Notes under the pieces: generated by a model
Told to the model about the DNA's origin: nothing
The model's input: the letters and a program-made list of their open reading frames with translations, nothing else
Database searches by the model: none
Assembly (NCBI RefSeq): GCF_004010195.1
Contig: NC_057719.1
Coordinates: forward strand, 32,052,278 to 32,116,277
Source: Chiloscyllium plagiosum
Taxonomy: Eukaryota
Direction: 5' to 3'
Length of the DNA stretch: 64,000 nucleotides
In this document: positions 12,960 through 25,520 of the stretch, in pieces
Layout of the letters: each line of letters begins with the position of its first letter
Numbering within the stretch: position 1 is the first letter of the stretch
Position numbers and translations under genes: made by a program

Positions 12960-14160
12960 GTGGTAAAAACAATGACTGCAGATGCTGGAAACCAGATTCT
13001 GGATCAGTGGTGCTGGAAGAGCACAGCAATTCAGGCAGCATCCGACGAGCAGCAAAATCGACGTTTCGGGCAAAAGCCCTTCATCAGGAATAAAGGCAGA
13101 GAGCCTGAAGCGTGGAGAGATAAGCTNNNNNNNNNNNNNNNNNNNNNNNNNNNNNNNNNNNNNNNNNNNNNNNNNNNNNNNNNNNNNNNNNNNNNNNNNN
13201 NNNNNNNNNNNNNNNNNNNNNNNNNNNNNNNNNNNNNNNNNNNNNNNNNNNNNNNNNNNNNNNNNNNNNNNNNNNNNNNNNNNNNNNNNNNNNNNNNNNN
13301 NNNNNNNNNNNNNNNNNNNNNNNNNNNNNNNNNNNNNNNNNNNNNNNNNNNNNNNNNNNNNNNNNNNNNNNNNNNNNNNNNNNNNNNNNNNNNNNNNNNN
13401 NNNNNNNNNNNNNNNNNNNNNNNNNNNNNNNNNNNNNNNNNNNNNNNNNNNNNNNNNNNNNNNNNNNNNNNNNNNNNNNNNNNNNNNNNNNNNNNNNNNN
13501 NNNNNNNNNNNNNNNNNNNNNNNNNNNNNNNNNNNNNNNNNNNNNNNNNNNNNNNNNNNNNNNNNNNNNNNNNNNNNNNNNNNNNNNNNNNNNNNNNNNN
13601 NNNNNNNNNNNNNNNNNNNNNNNNNNNNNNNNNNNNNNNNNNNNNNNNNNNNNNNNNNNNNNNNNNNNNNNNNNNNNNNNNNNNNNNNNNNNNNNNNNNN
13701 NNNNNNNNNNNNNNNNNNNNNNNNNNNNNNNNNNNNNNNNNNNNNNNNNNNNNNNNNNNNNNNNNNNNNNNNNNNNNNNNNNNNNNNNNNNNNNNNNNNN
13801 NNNNNNNNNNNNNNNNNNNNNNNNNNNNNNNNNNNNNNNNNNNNNNNNNNNNNNNNTAGGGTGGGAAGAGGTGTAATCCAGGTAGCTGTGGGAGTCGGTG
13901 GGTTTGTTAAAAATGTCAGTGTCAAGTTGGTCATCACTAATGGAGATGGAGAGGTCCAGGAAGGGGAGGGAGGTGTCAGAGATGGTCCAGGTAAATTTAA
14001 GGTCAGAGTGGAATGTGTTGATGAAGTTGATGAATTGCTCAGCCTCCTCGCGGGAGCACGAGGTGGCACCAATGTAGTCATCAATGTAGCAGAGGAAGAG
14101 GTGGGGAGTGGTGCCGTGTAATTACGGAAGATCAACTGTTCTACGTAGCCAACAAAGAGA
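12960..14160 (-). mobile_element. Penelope-like element (RT core, gap, 3' end)
   Basis: 13857-14160 minus strand LFVGYVEQLIF..FLCYIDDYIG..FHSDLKFTW..LPFLDL..KPTDSHSYLDYTSSHP (one frameshift); 3' end with hammerhead at 12960-13126. Confidence 0.93.
13056..13092 (-). ncRNA. Minimal hammerhead ribozyme motif
   Basis: UUC-CUGAUGA-A-GGGC-UUUU-GCCC-GAAA-CGUC-GAU: intact core, ACGU palindromic stem III, GUC triplet. Confidence 0.82.
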
Positions 14161-15746
14161 CCGGCGTGTCCGCTGTCAGCACTGCAGATGTCAGATCAGT
14201 TTTCCTGAGAGTCAACCCAAGGAAAGTGATGGCCCCGGACTGAGTCCCTGGCTGTGCACTTAGATCCTATCTCATCCAGCTATTCACTTACATCTTCCAT
14301 CTCTCCCTCCTACAAGCCGAAGTCCCCATCTGCTTCAAGAAGACCACCACCATATTCGTACCTAAGAAAGCACATGCAATATGCCTTAATGACTGCTGCC
14401 CAGTGGCTCATACCTCCATATTCATGAAATGCTGCGAGATGCTGGTCATGGCCCACATCAACTCTAGTCTCCCAGTCTGCCTCAATCCCCTGCTGACAAT
14501 TTGCCTACCGACAACAGGTCCACAGCAGGTGCTACTTCCCTAGCCCTGCACTCATCCCTGGAATGTCAGACTCCTGTTCATAGATTACAGCTCTGCTTTC
14601 AACACCATTATCCCAACTAAACTGGTCTCAAAACTCCAAGACCTAGGTCTCAGCTCTGCCTCTGCAACTGGATCCTGAGCTTCCTGACTGTAATCAGTGA
14701 AGATTGAGAACTGCACTTTCTTCATGATAACACTCAACACTAGAGCGCTCCGAGGATGCGTTTGTAGCCACCTACTGTACTCCCTGTGTTGCCAAATTCC
14801 ATTCAAACTCCGTCTGGTGACAATAACATGGTAGGAGGATATCAAACAACAATGAGCCAGAATACAGAAAGGAGACAGAGGGCTTGGTGACATAGTGCAG
14901 TGAGAACAACCTCTCTCTCAACTACAGAACTGATCACTGCATTCAGAAAGAAGGGAGAAGAATACACCCCTGTCTTTATCACCTGAGCAGCGGTTGGGTC
15001 TGTCACGTTCCTAGGAGTGATGATAACTGGTAACCTGTCCTGGATGTCCGATGTAGATGTTACAGTGAAGAAGGGACAACAACACCACTTCTCCCTCAGG
15101 TGGCTCAGGAAATTTAGCATGTCCCACAATGTCCCTCACAACTTTTACAGGTGCACCATAGAAAGCATAGTGTCCATGCATAACCGCCCCCTTCTGTTTT
15201 TAACACGACCACTATCTCAGAATAAAAATAACTAACTCATCCACAAAAGGACAACCATGAAGTCAGTCATGCTTGAAAGGAGTAAGTGTAAATTGAGAAG
15301 AATGTCAGCTACAAGATATATGTAATAGACAGAAATCTACAAATGAATGGGGCGATATGGTGTGCTAAGTTAAAGACCATATGAAATGTTAAGATAAGGG
15401 CTGGTTTAATAAGTAGAACTGGTTAGTAAGTTTTGCAGGTGACAACAAAATTGGAGGTGTAGTGGACCCTGAAAAAGGTTATCTCAGAGTACGATGGGCT
15501 TTGATCAGATGGGCAATGGGCCGATAAGTGGTAGATGGAGTTTAATTTAGATAAATGTGAGGTGTTGCATTTTGGTAAGGCAAATCAGAGCAGGACTTAT
15601 ACACTTAATGGTAAGGTCCTGGGGAATTTTACTGAACAAAGAGACCTTGGAGTGTAGGTTCATAGTTTCTCGAATGTCTCATTGCAGGCAGACAGAATAG
15701 TGAAGGCACTTGGTAAGCTTGCCTTTATTGGCCAGTGCATGGAGTA

Positions 15747-16042
15747 TTAGATTAGATTAGATTAGATTACAGTGTGGAAACAGGCCCTTTGGCTCAACAA
15801 GTCCACACCGACCCGCCGAAGTGCAACCCACCCATACCCCTACATTTACCCCTTACCTAACACTATAGGCAATTTAGCATGGCCAATTCACCTGACCTGC
15901 ACATCTTTGGACTGTGGGAGGAAACCGGAGCACCCGGAGGAAACCCACACAGACACACAGTCAGTCGCCTGAGGCAGGAATTGAACCCGGGTCTCTGGCG
16001 CTGTGAGGCAGCAGTGCTAACCACTGTGCCACTGTGCCGCCC
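15747..16042 (-). mobile_element. HE1-type tRNA-derived V-SINE
   Basis: A/B boxes (tggcacagtgg, ggttcaattcc), V-domain ggtttcctccgggtgctccggtttcctcccacagtccaaagatgtgcagg, CR1-like 3' end and (tctaa)n tail. Confidence 0.92.
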
Positions 16043-16185
16043 ACTATAGGAATTGGGAAGCCGTGTTGCTGCTGTACAGGATATCACTAGGTCACTTTTG
16101 GAATATTGCATGCAATCCTGGTCTCCCGGCTATAGGAAGAATGTTGTGAAACTTTAAAGGGTTCAGAAAAGATTTACAAGGATGT

Positions 16186-16318
16186 GCTGAGGAAGGGTCT
16201 CTCGACCTGAAATGTTAACTCTGAATTCTCTTCACAGATATTGCCAGACATATTGAGCTTTTTTAGCTATTTCTATTTTTGTCTCTGATTTACAGCATGT
16301 GCAGTTCTTTTAGTTTTC
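16186..16318 (+). mobile_element. Short PLE 3'-end insertion starting at a decayed hammerhead; 10 bp TSD
   Basis: acaaggatgt at 16176-16185 and 16319-16328; begins gCTGAGGAagggtctctcgacctGAAAtgtt. Confidence 0.8.
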
Positions 16319-16879
16319 ACAAGGATGTTGCCGGGGTTGGAGGGTTTGACCTACAGGGAGATGCTGAAAGGCTAGGGCTGTTTTCCCTTGAGCATCCGAG
16401 GCTGAGGGATTACTTTATAGACATTTATAAAATCATGAGGGGTATGGATAGGGTGAATAGTCAAGGTCTTTTCCCCAGAGTAGTGGAGTCCAAAACTAGA
16501 CGACATAGGTTTAAGGTGGGAGGAGAAAGATTTAAAAGGGATCTAAGGGGCAACTTTTTCACACAGAGGGTGGTGCGTATATGGAACAAACTGCCAGAGG
16601 AAGTGGTGGAGGCTGGTACAATTATAACATTTAAAGGCATCTGGATGGGTATATGAACAGGAAGAGTTTAGAGGGATATCGGGCAAATGCTGGCAAATCA
16701 AACTTCTTTAATTTAGGATATCTGTTTTGGCATGGACAAGTTGGACCTGAAGGGTTTATTTCCATGATGTACAACATGACTATGAGTCCCTGACTCTATA
16801 ACTGGCACAGACTGCTACATTTTTAGTTTGGTGAAATGATATATATTTAGTTATGAGGAATTCAATTTGCCTCTGTAGA

Positions 16880-17140
16880 TGAGGCAGCAATACAAAATAC
16901 AGCAGATGGAACACTCAGGGCAGACAAGGTTCAAAGGTGAAGTGCACAGCGCCAAAGGCATTAGCGGCCAGTCGGAGAGGGACTGTGATCCTGTATGGGA
17001 CCTGAGCGCCTGCAATGATTATCCTCTGAAGCATTTTGAAGCGAAGACCAGGGAAATAAATTTCCTGGCCCCCAGGACCTGGATGTAGTGTCAGAAATAA
17101 TATAATGAATTCATACATGTGGAGAAAGGGTGAGTGCATC
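16880..17140 (+). mobile_element. Harbinger-associated Myb/SANT gene remnant
   Basis: REINFLAPRTWM*CQK*YNEF resembles the 'PRTW.QC.KK.NDL' Myb/SANT motif. Confidence 0.5.
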
Positions 17141-17339
17141 TTCATGTGGCATTGTGTACCTACTGTATCCATCAGCCTCCTGCCTGCTCAGGCTCAGCGT
17201 TCCACATCTTCATTATGCTTAAGACTCCCAGCAAACTCCACCATACCTTCAGACACATCCCAATGTTGCTGGAATCATACCCACTTCTCTGTGCCTCCAT
17301 ATGCATTCAGATATCCAGCTTCGACAGGCACATCACTCA

Positions 17340-17880
17340 AACATCATCATCATGACTGGTAATCCCTCATAGATGAGGATGACTCTCTTCCACTCTCAAG
17401 GTGAGTCCATAGGTAGCTGTACAAACCGATGCAGCTACTGCAGGCTCTGTTACACCAAGGACAGGTGATGGTCATGAGAAGGAATGGCTGGGGGGTTGAT
17501 GTGACAACATACTCCTTTCGCTGTTTTCGCCTGGCTTCCACTTTGTCCCGACAGCAAGTCGACGACTTCCCAGATGCTCCTCCTCCACTCTGGATGGTCT
17601 TGGGCCAGTGATTCCCAGGTGTGTGTGGGAATGCGGTTCTTCACCAGTGAGGCCTTGAGGGTATCACTGACCCGCTTCCTCTGTCCACCTGGGGCTCGCC
17701 TGTTGTTCTGGAGCTTGGAATAAAGCACCTGCTTGGGGAATCTCATGTTGGTTATGCAGACAACATGCCCAGTCCATTGCAGCCGACCAAGGGTGGTCAG
17801 TGCCTTGATGCTGGGGATGTTGGCCTGGTTGAGGATGTGGATGTCGGTGCATCTTCTTTCCCAGAGGAAGACCCATCACT
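17340..17880 (-). mobile_element. RTE (BovB-like) LINE 3' end
   Basis: RFPKQVLYSKL...R.PGGQRKR..DTLKASL..WESLAQD..WR, C-terminal CP.C.R.C...IGLYS, (atg)n tail. Confidence 0.9.
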
Positions 17881-18331
17881 CAAACACAGGGCAAGACAAA
17901 CACTGACATTCTGTCCTCTCTATTACAAAGGAACACACAATTTTAGGGAGCAAAGTAGAAATACATGTATTTAAGGATCACAAAGGAGATTAAGAGTTGG
18001 AAGTAAGGGAATGGCTATATGGCAGTCAAAAGCATTACAGCATCAGCGAAAAGAGAAGCCCTGCAAAATATAACAAGATCCATGGAATGGATGATATCAA
18101 TTAAGCAGGGATGCTTACTTTGGTGAGATCAAAGAACCAGTTGGAAAGCACTGGTGGAAAGCATTGCTTTAAGCTAGACTATCTACAGTAGTTTTGGTAC
18201 TTAACTTTTCTCCGGAGGTCAGTATTATTAAGTTCAACTATCATGCAGGGGAATACTTAAGTCAGGAGGTAGAGAATTCTAGATCATAGGATAACTGAAC
18301 ACAGCCTTTCAATTAAGAGAGAGGAAGATTT

Positions 18332-18519
18332 CAGGTCGTTCTGCTGTAACACGCATTTTGTTAATGCGATTGACGAATTGGGGACACTTTCTAAAGCATA
18401 AACTTTTAAAACGTGTTAGCTGTAACGCAAATACATCGCTAATGCTTTAAGTGTTGTTTCTAAAGCGCAATTTTTCTATAATGGGGGGTTGCTCAAGAAC
18501 GTTATAGAAAAACTACCTG
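18332..18519. mobile_element. TcMar-Tigger-like MITE
   Basis: Imperfect TIRs caggtcgttctgctgtaac / gttatagaaaaactacctg. Confidence 0.6.
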
Positions 18520-18801
18520 CACTGAAGCTCTGTATGTGATCCCAGACCAGTGTTGGTCACTCAAGCAGGAAAGGTCATATTGATTTACATCTGATCTGCA
18601 GAGTAGAGGCACCAGAAACTGAGGTCAGTCAAAAAAAAACTTTGGAGATGCATTTGCACAGCTGTTCACAAGATTGGGAAGCTGAAGACACCATACCACA
18701 TCACTGTATACCCTTAAAACAAGGCAGTGTGTTTACATCCAGAGAAGTTCTTCATCCATTCCTGACAAAAATACAGAAGGAAATAGACCTTATGTTGAAT
18801 C

Positions 18802-19079
18802 AGGTTTAGGGTGAGAGGGGAAAGATATAAAAGAGACCTAAGTGGCAACTTTGTCACATAGGGTGATATGGATACGGAATGAGCTGCCAGAGGAAGTGGT
18901 GGAGGCTGGTACAATTGCAACATTTAAGAGGCATTTGGATGGGTATATGAATAGGAAGGGTTTGGAGGGATATGGGCCGGGTGCTGGCAGGTGGGATTAG
19001 ATTGGGTTGGGATATCTGGTCGGCATGAACGGGTTGGACCGAAGGGTCTGTTTCCATGCTGTACATCTCTATGACTCTA
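18802..19079 (+). mobile_element. Young CR1 3' end
   Basis: WNELPEEVVEAGTIATFKRHLDGYM coding end and ctatgactct tail. Confidence 0.92.
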
Positions 19080-20149
19080 AGTGGTTATTTTATTTGTGAC
19101 AGAACCAACAAGCTATTGCAAAGGGATGATCCTAGTGCCAAAAGCCAATGGATTCAGCTGACTCCATATATATCTTACACAGATTAACAACGCAAGAGAA
19201 GTTCATCAAGTGAACAAGGAACTAGAAAAGCTGGAAAACAGTTCAATCTTTTTGAAGTTAAATGCATATTGTGTTTTATTTTACAACTACCTCTTGATAA
19301 AGTTGCTCACAACTTCCATCACACCAGTTGGAAGGATTTGCATCAGCAGATAATCCTTTGGCATCATTTCAGCACCAGAAATCTTCCAGGGGATGTCAAG
19401 CACCTTAGAAGGACTGGATGGAGTCATATATTTAATAGAAAATACCCTGGTCTCCACTCAGATGTCCATTCAGATCAGAAGATTGTTATGAATGTTGCTT
19501 CAATTGCCTCCAGGAAATAGGACTTACACTTAACAACAAGTGTAGATGCTCATAGCCCAGTATTAAGTTCCTTGGGCATAATGTGGATGTATCTGGTGTC
19601 AGAACTGATGCACAAAAGACAAGATTAATCAAAGAATTAAGGACTCTTATGAGCATGACTAACCACAAGATTTGTGGTGTGGTAAACCAAACTGAAAAGT
19701 TCTTGCTCAATTTAGCTGTTGTCAGTACACCACTACAAGAGCTGCTAAAATAATATAAAGCATTGTGCTAGGAAGAAGCACAACTGAGACCTTTTGAGAA
19801 ATTTAAAGAGGTATTGACAGGACATGATATTTTAGCTGGCCATGATCTAGAACCATCTACTGTCATTGCAAATGCATTTACTGGCGGCTATATCTTTGCA
19901 TATAGAGACAGATGGAAAAAGTAGATCAGTTTACTACACATCTATTCAATGACAGACGGTGAACAGAGAAATGTTGTGATAGAGAAAGAAGCATTAACAT
20001 CTACACGAGCTTATGAAAACCTTGCAGGTTATATTCTTTGAGTTAGCAAAACTGCTTCCATGATTGTTGTGATTCAGACTACGGATAATAAGGTTTGATG
20101 TAAAGACAGAATATATCTGGAAAAGGCTGCAGACTACAGTAGATACTTT

Positions 20150-20402
20150 CTAGATTAGAGTGGTGCTGGAAAAACACAGCAGGTCAGGCACCATCTGAGG
20201 AGCAGGAAAATCAACGTTTCGGGCAAAAGTCCTTCATCAGGAATGAAGGACTTTTGCCCAGTCCTTCAGTCCTGATGAAGGACTTTTGCCCAAAACGTCA
20301 ATTTTCCTGCTCCTCGGATGCTGTCTGACCTGCTGTGTTTTTCCAGCACCACTCTAATCTAGACTCTGATCCCCAGCATCTGCAGTCCTCACTTTCACCT
20401 AG
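20150..20402. mobile_element. Palindromic non-coding PLE-derived mini-element with inverted hammerhead motifs; 15 bp TSD
   Basis: tacagtagatacttt at 20135-20149 and 20403-20417; arms of about 93 bp at 20150-20243 and 20270-20362 are reverse complements. Confidence 0.9.
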
Positions 20403-21614
20403 TACAGTAGATACTTTGTCCTGTGTCCCTGTGGCATGACCTGAACAAGAAAATGTGTTTTTTATTCTTGAAGAAGTAGAAACTTTTTTGTCAACATAGG
20501 TGACCACCTGCAGGGCCCAGACCAATTTAAACCACTGCAGTCTTTGTTTCTCTTGGTGCATGATGTGCTCACTGTTGACATTGATCCATGCTCTCAATTT
20601 TAAAATTGACTCATAATCTAATGCTATTTTAATAACAATAGTTTTGTTGACATCAGATTAAATCAAATCAGGTTTTGTGATTGGGTTTACTCGTAGATTA
20701 TAAAAATATGTAACAATGAATCCCAGTTTGGTACAACAAAAAAATAATTTAGTATCAGTGATTTTCAAAGCCAGAAAACATTTGGATTGTTGATGGTGTA
20801 TTTGCATTCTGTTACTGCTTTTGTCAAGTGCTCTGTAAGAGAGTTGGAGACTAAGCTGATGTGACACAGTACCTTGGAGTTTTGTGTGTTCATTTTCAGT
20901 GTCAGTTAGTCGAACTTGGCATACTGTTCAATTATTTAATGACATCCTGGGAGCAAATTTATCATTCCCTGGAAATTGATTTATTTAAATTGTCTTAATT
21001 TAGAAGCAGTGTGTTTACAGCAAGGAACTATAAATACATTCTCAGGAGGAGCAGAGAGGGAAATGGACCTAGGGAGACAAAATCAATGAGTAATTTTAAC
21101 AGTTATTCATCCTAGTGTAAGTTTAATTAAGGGGTGGCCTTTTGTGCACTGATCCAAAGGGTGTAACAAAGTGTAACAAGCTTTCTCATTTTATTAACTT
21201 TGTGATGTAAACCATTGCTTAAACACACAATTCTGTTATAGATAATAAACATGATAAAATGTATGCTGAACAGCAGTCTTTGAAGAAACTCTTAATTCCT
21301 TTTGGATCATTTCTAATGCCTTGCTTAACAAAAATACTGTAAAATTTCCTGAACAAGATTGATTTTTTTTTCTGCAGTCATCTGTGTATAGGGATGAATA
21401 ACCAAAACATTTTTGTGTCTGAATTCAAGCCATACAGAATAGAATGAGTTGTAATTATAGGATGTCAGAGTCTTCTTAAGAAACGTGACCATTTCCTGAG
21501 AGATGGAGGACATTGAGGCATTTTGAGGAGGTTAATTAACTTCACAGTGATGGATCATAAGCAATCATGATTTCCTCGAGCTGGCCTTTTGGAGTCATTG
21601 ATGAATTTCTCTGA

Positions 21615-21750
21615 AACCAAAAGCAGCAGCTGCTAGAAATCTAAAATAATAACAAAGTACTGGAAACATTTAGCAGTTCCAGCAGTATTCATACAGAGGA
21701 CACAGGTAAGGTTAATGTTTCAGGCTGATGGCTGTTCTTCAGCAATGAAG
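21615..21750 (-). mobile_element. Old PLE 3'-end fragment with decayed hammerhead
   Basis: Minus strand gCTGAAGAacagccatcagcctGAAAcatt followed by the tgctg..ctgct..tttccag tail pattern seen in the other PLE ends. Confidence 0.55.
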
Positions 21751-21827
21751 TTAGTGAATAAATGCAACCAAACTGAGAATTGGAACCTAGGTGGTTTTGT
21801 CCAAAATGACCATGGTTACAACATTTA

Positions 21828-22250
21828 GATGGTCATCCCTCTATAGGAAGGATGTTGTGAAACTTGAAAGGGTGAAGAAAAGATTTGCAAGAATGTTGCC
21901 AGGACTGGAGTGTTTGAGTAGTAGGGAGAGGCTTAATAGGCTGGGGCTTTGCCCCCTGGCGCATCAGAGGCTGAAGGGTGACCTCATAGATGTTTATAAA
22001 ATCATGAGGAGCATAGATAGGGTGAATAGCCAAGTACTTTTTGCCAGTGGGACAGGGTGGGGGTGGACGAGTCCAAAGCTAGAGGGCATAGGTTTAAGGT
22101 GAGGGAGGCAACATTTTCAAATAGCGGGTAGTGTGTCTATGGAACAAGCTTCCACACGAAATGGTAGAGGCAGGTATAATTACAATATTTAAAAGACATC
22201 CGGATGATGAGTTGGATCAAAGGGTCTGTTTCCATGTTATATGACTCTAT
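21828..22250 (+). mobile_element. CR1 3' end
   Basis: KDVVKLERVKKRFARMLPGL..RLKGDLIDVYKIMR; tail atgactctat. Confidence 0.9.
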
Positions 22251-23308
22251 GCGATGCACATATGTGAGGAAAACTGGAGGAGCTAATACAACGGTTCTGA
22301 ATTATGTCTGACTGTGAGACAAGAAATTTGTGAAAATAATAAAATCAGAAGAAGGATTATACAATTTATAATAATTCCAGGTTTGTTTTCTGAGTCCCTG
22401 TGTGGATATTTATTGAGCTCTAGGAAGGAGGAAGAAAGAAATGCCAGGAATAGAAAAAAGTCAATCAGTTTGACTTATTGGGGAAAAAAAACAAGATTCA
22501 TTGAAATAGAAAGATGGCAGTGTAGATATTAACTTAACTTAAATTTTGGCTACCTATAAAATTTAAAGTTAGAATGAAATGAGAAAGAGAAAACTTATGA
22601 AACTTGGTGATAACTTAATAATGAGAAAGGTCACAGGTTTTTTTTGTGTTTCTGTGGTAGCTGAAGGAATGTGTGCATTTATTTACATCAAGCATTGAAC
22701 TCACCAATAATGCACTAAACTGTTACAACTACTCTGCAAAATCTGAAGTTTCATTTAAAACCCACATAGTAAATCAGATGTGATGATGTAGACTATTTAC
22801 CAGCTGAATTTGTGATTGTTATGGAATTGTGCTGTGTAAATGTCATACTGTTGATTAGATGACATATACACGGTGAACAGTGAATACAAACTAAAGTTTA
22901 AATGTCAAAGTTCGTTAAAGGCAAGAGATAGGTATTTCTCTTAGAAGACACAAACAAGCCTTAGTTAATTGATCAAACTGATGTGGGGAACATGATATGT
23001 TTATGATATTTGCCAGGAGACTGGATAGTGTGGAGAGTGCAAAAGTGCATGGCTTTTTTGAACAGGAAGTATATAAAGCAGCTCGCCACCCAGAAAAAAA
23101 TGTAGTTTGGGCAAATGCAGATTAATCAACATGAGAATTTGAGATGGAATGGGGTCACCACCTCTTCTGGCCTATCGTCAGACAAGTCCAGGTTAATAGG
23201 TTCACTTGTAATTTTTAATAGTGCATTTTGCTTTAATAAAGAACATTGAGTATATTCTGTTGTTAGAAATGTCTTGTGTTCTTGGTGCCTACAGTAAACC
23301 TGATAAAT

Positions 23309-23620
23309 CACGGTGGCACAGTGGTTAGCACTGCTGCCTCACAGCGCCGGAGACCCGGGTTCAATTCCCGCCTCAGGCGACTGACTGTGTGGAGTTTGCA
23401 CATTCTCCCCGTGTCTGCGTGGGTTTCCGCCGGGTGCTCTGGTTTCCTCCCACAGTCCAAAGATGTGCAGATCAGGTGAATTGGCCATGCTAAATTGCCC
23501 GTAGTGTTAGGTAAGGGGTAAATGTAGGGGTATGGGTGGGTTGCGCTTCGGCGGGTCGGGGTGGACTTGTTGGGCCGAAGGTCCTGTTTCCACACTGTAA
23601 TGTAATGTAATCTAATGTAA
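23309..23620 (+). mobile_element. HE1-type V-SINE, nearly full length
   Basis: tRNA-like head, V-domain, tgtaa/tctaa tail; possible taaatca TSD. Confidence 0.93.
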
Positions 23621-23884
23621 ATCAAGGAAAATGGGAATAAAAGCCTACAGCAGCTGAAAAGAAAAGCCAGTATAGTGCAGGTTCATGGTAAAGTGAAAAC
23701 ATGTATTCCGTCATTAATTAGCCTTAAAATGCCAATTCCTGTCTACATGAATAGTTAATGTTATTTGTAATTTCGCATCCATTTAATTATGATCATAACT
23801 TAAACTTTATTTGAAGAATATTATTAAAATAGGTTAATTATACAAACAAGGTTTTAAAAATTACTTAGCTATTTCCAACCATTT

Positions 23885-24820
23885 TTTAAAATTTGCTCTT
23901 GGATGTGGATATATGCACAGTAATATAATTGTGTAATGCTAAATTCCTCTGAGATGGCTATGTTGGGCTGTCTCATTGAACTGTTGCAGTTTTTGGTTGA
24001 CTTACAATGCTGTTAGGGAGGGAGCACCAAGATTTTGACCCCAATGCAGTGAAAACACAAGTGATATAGTTCCAAGTCAGGACGGTATGCGGCTGGAGAG
24101 GAGTTTGCAGGTGGTGGTGCTTCTCATGCATCTGCTCCCCTTATCCTCCTAGGTGGTTACGGTTTATGGTTTTCAACAGAGCTTCTGAAGAAATCTTTGC
24201 AATTTACTGCAGTGCATCTCATACATGATGAACACTACGGCTGCTATGCTTTATTGGTGAGGGAAATGAATGTTGAAGGTGGTGGAAGGGGTCCCATTCA
24301 AGCAGGCTGCTATGCCCAGGATGTTGTCAAGGTTCCTGTTGATTTCTTAGAGCTGTACCTATTCTGGCAATTGGAGAGTAAACCACCACATTGTGCCTTC
24401 TAAATGGTGAACAGATAAGGGAAAGACACAAGCTGAGTTATTTGCCTCTGAGTTGTTTTTGTAGCCATATTATTTATATGGATAGTCCAATTCAGTTTCT
24501 GGTCAATGGTAAACCACCTCTCCCACCCCCACCTCCCGGATTTTGACAATGGGGGATTCAGTAATGGTAATATCATGTATATCAAGGCATTAGATGCTAA
24601 AAATAAAACAAAGCTGTTAGAAGTCTGAAATAAAAGCAGAAATTGTTGGAGAAACTCAACAGATCTGGCAGCATCAGTGAGAGTTAAGAGAACTAACAAT
24701 AATTATATTCTGCCCTGTTGGAGATGGTCATTGCCTGGCAGTTGTATGGCACAAATGTTACATGAGACTTTTCAGTTCAAACCAGAATGTTTTCCAGGTC
24801 TTGCTGCATAGAGACACAAA
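23885..24820 (-). mobile_element. Older CR1-group LINE 3' portion, containing a PLE-end insertion at about 24598-24700
   Basis: Colinear with 26130-27500; IDQKLNWT.HINNMATK motif. Confidence 0.7.
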
Positions 24821-25099
24821 GTACTTCAGCATCTAAAAATACATTTAAAGTCATCAATATGTAACTATACTTTTGGAAGATAGGATAGGGCCAGTTACTG
24901 TTTTAAAATGCTACTTCTTCTATTCCCTTTACAAATTTAAACTCATAGTCACCTTACATTTCATATATTTGTTACGAAAAAGATGAGCACAACACAATCA
25001 GGTGAAATAATTTGCAATGGATCTTCCTTAATCTGATTCTCATTACTGGAATTTCCTGTCATTGGTTCTATATGGTTGGGGAGACTGTCGCTATGTGTC

Positions 25100-25520
25100 T
25101 GAGTAACAATAGAAAATTGTGTCTTCAATCAATGAGGCTGATGTTTCCAACGTGGCATTGAGAAGGACCCAAGTTTGAGAGCGAGCAGAGTGAAAAAAGC
25201 TAAAATGGGATATACCGCTAAATGATCTGTCCAAAGCTAAAGCTTTCAAAAAAGCATGTCTTGGACTCATTTTTGATCGGCTTGCTCATGTTTTTATCAT
25301 TATAAATGAATTACTTCAATCTCTAAATGAGCAATCTCCTTCATCAAGGCAATTGGAATGCTAAACTGCAAAGGCTTGGGAATGAAATTTCCATTGGAAA
25401 CATTTTTATAACACTAGACATTGACGTCCTTGATGCTGACAGAATGAAGTCCAAAATGAAAAATACTCTCATTTTCAACATTAATAACCGTCTGCATGAT
25501 GGGCAAAATATATTCACCTA
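25100..25520 (+). mobile_element. Possible decayed hAT (Charlie/SPIN-like) transposase fragment
   Basis: LAHVFIIINELLQSL followed by NAKLQRL...IGNIF.TL resembles the hAT 'LADIF..LNELN.SLQG..KL..W....GN..F.TL' segment. Confidence 0.4.

Larger units (their letters stand above)
12630..15180 (+). mobile_element. Decayed Rex1/Babar LINE interrupted by a PLE
   Basis: [78 protein letters not shown] motifs. Confidence 0.88.
15415..16800 (+). mobile_element. CR1 LINE 3' portion (RT C-terminus and tail), interrupted by a SINE and a PLE end
   Basis: DKCEVLHFGK, YKIMRGMDRV, RGNFFTQRVVRIWNKLP; tgactcta tail. Confidence 0.92.
17960..20520 (+). mobile_element. Decayed Ty3/Gypsy gag-pol, interrupted by a MITE, a CR1 end and a PLE mini-element
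   Basis: FKLD protease motif (about 18167), FTSREVLHPFL..IQKEIDLML, VTEPTS..GMILVPKANG, ITPVGR..FGIISAPEIFQ, IKFLGH, RNase H IEKEAL. Confidence 0.85.

Noticed and set aside
12912..14135. ORFs of 315-402 aa in the track
   Set aside because: Length comes from the N gap; the real parts are alternative frames of a PLE.
23309..23375. tRNA-like sequence with A and B boxes
   Set aside because: It is the head of a V-SINE repeated many times in the window, not a tRNA gene.
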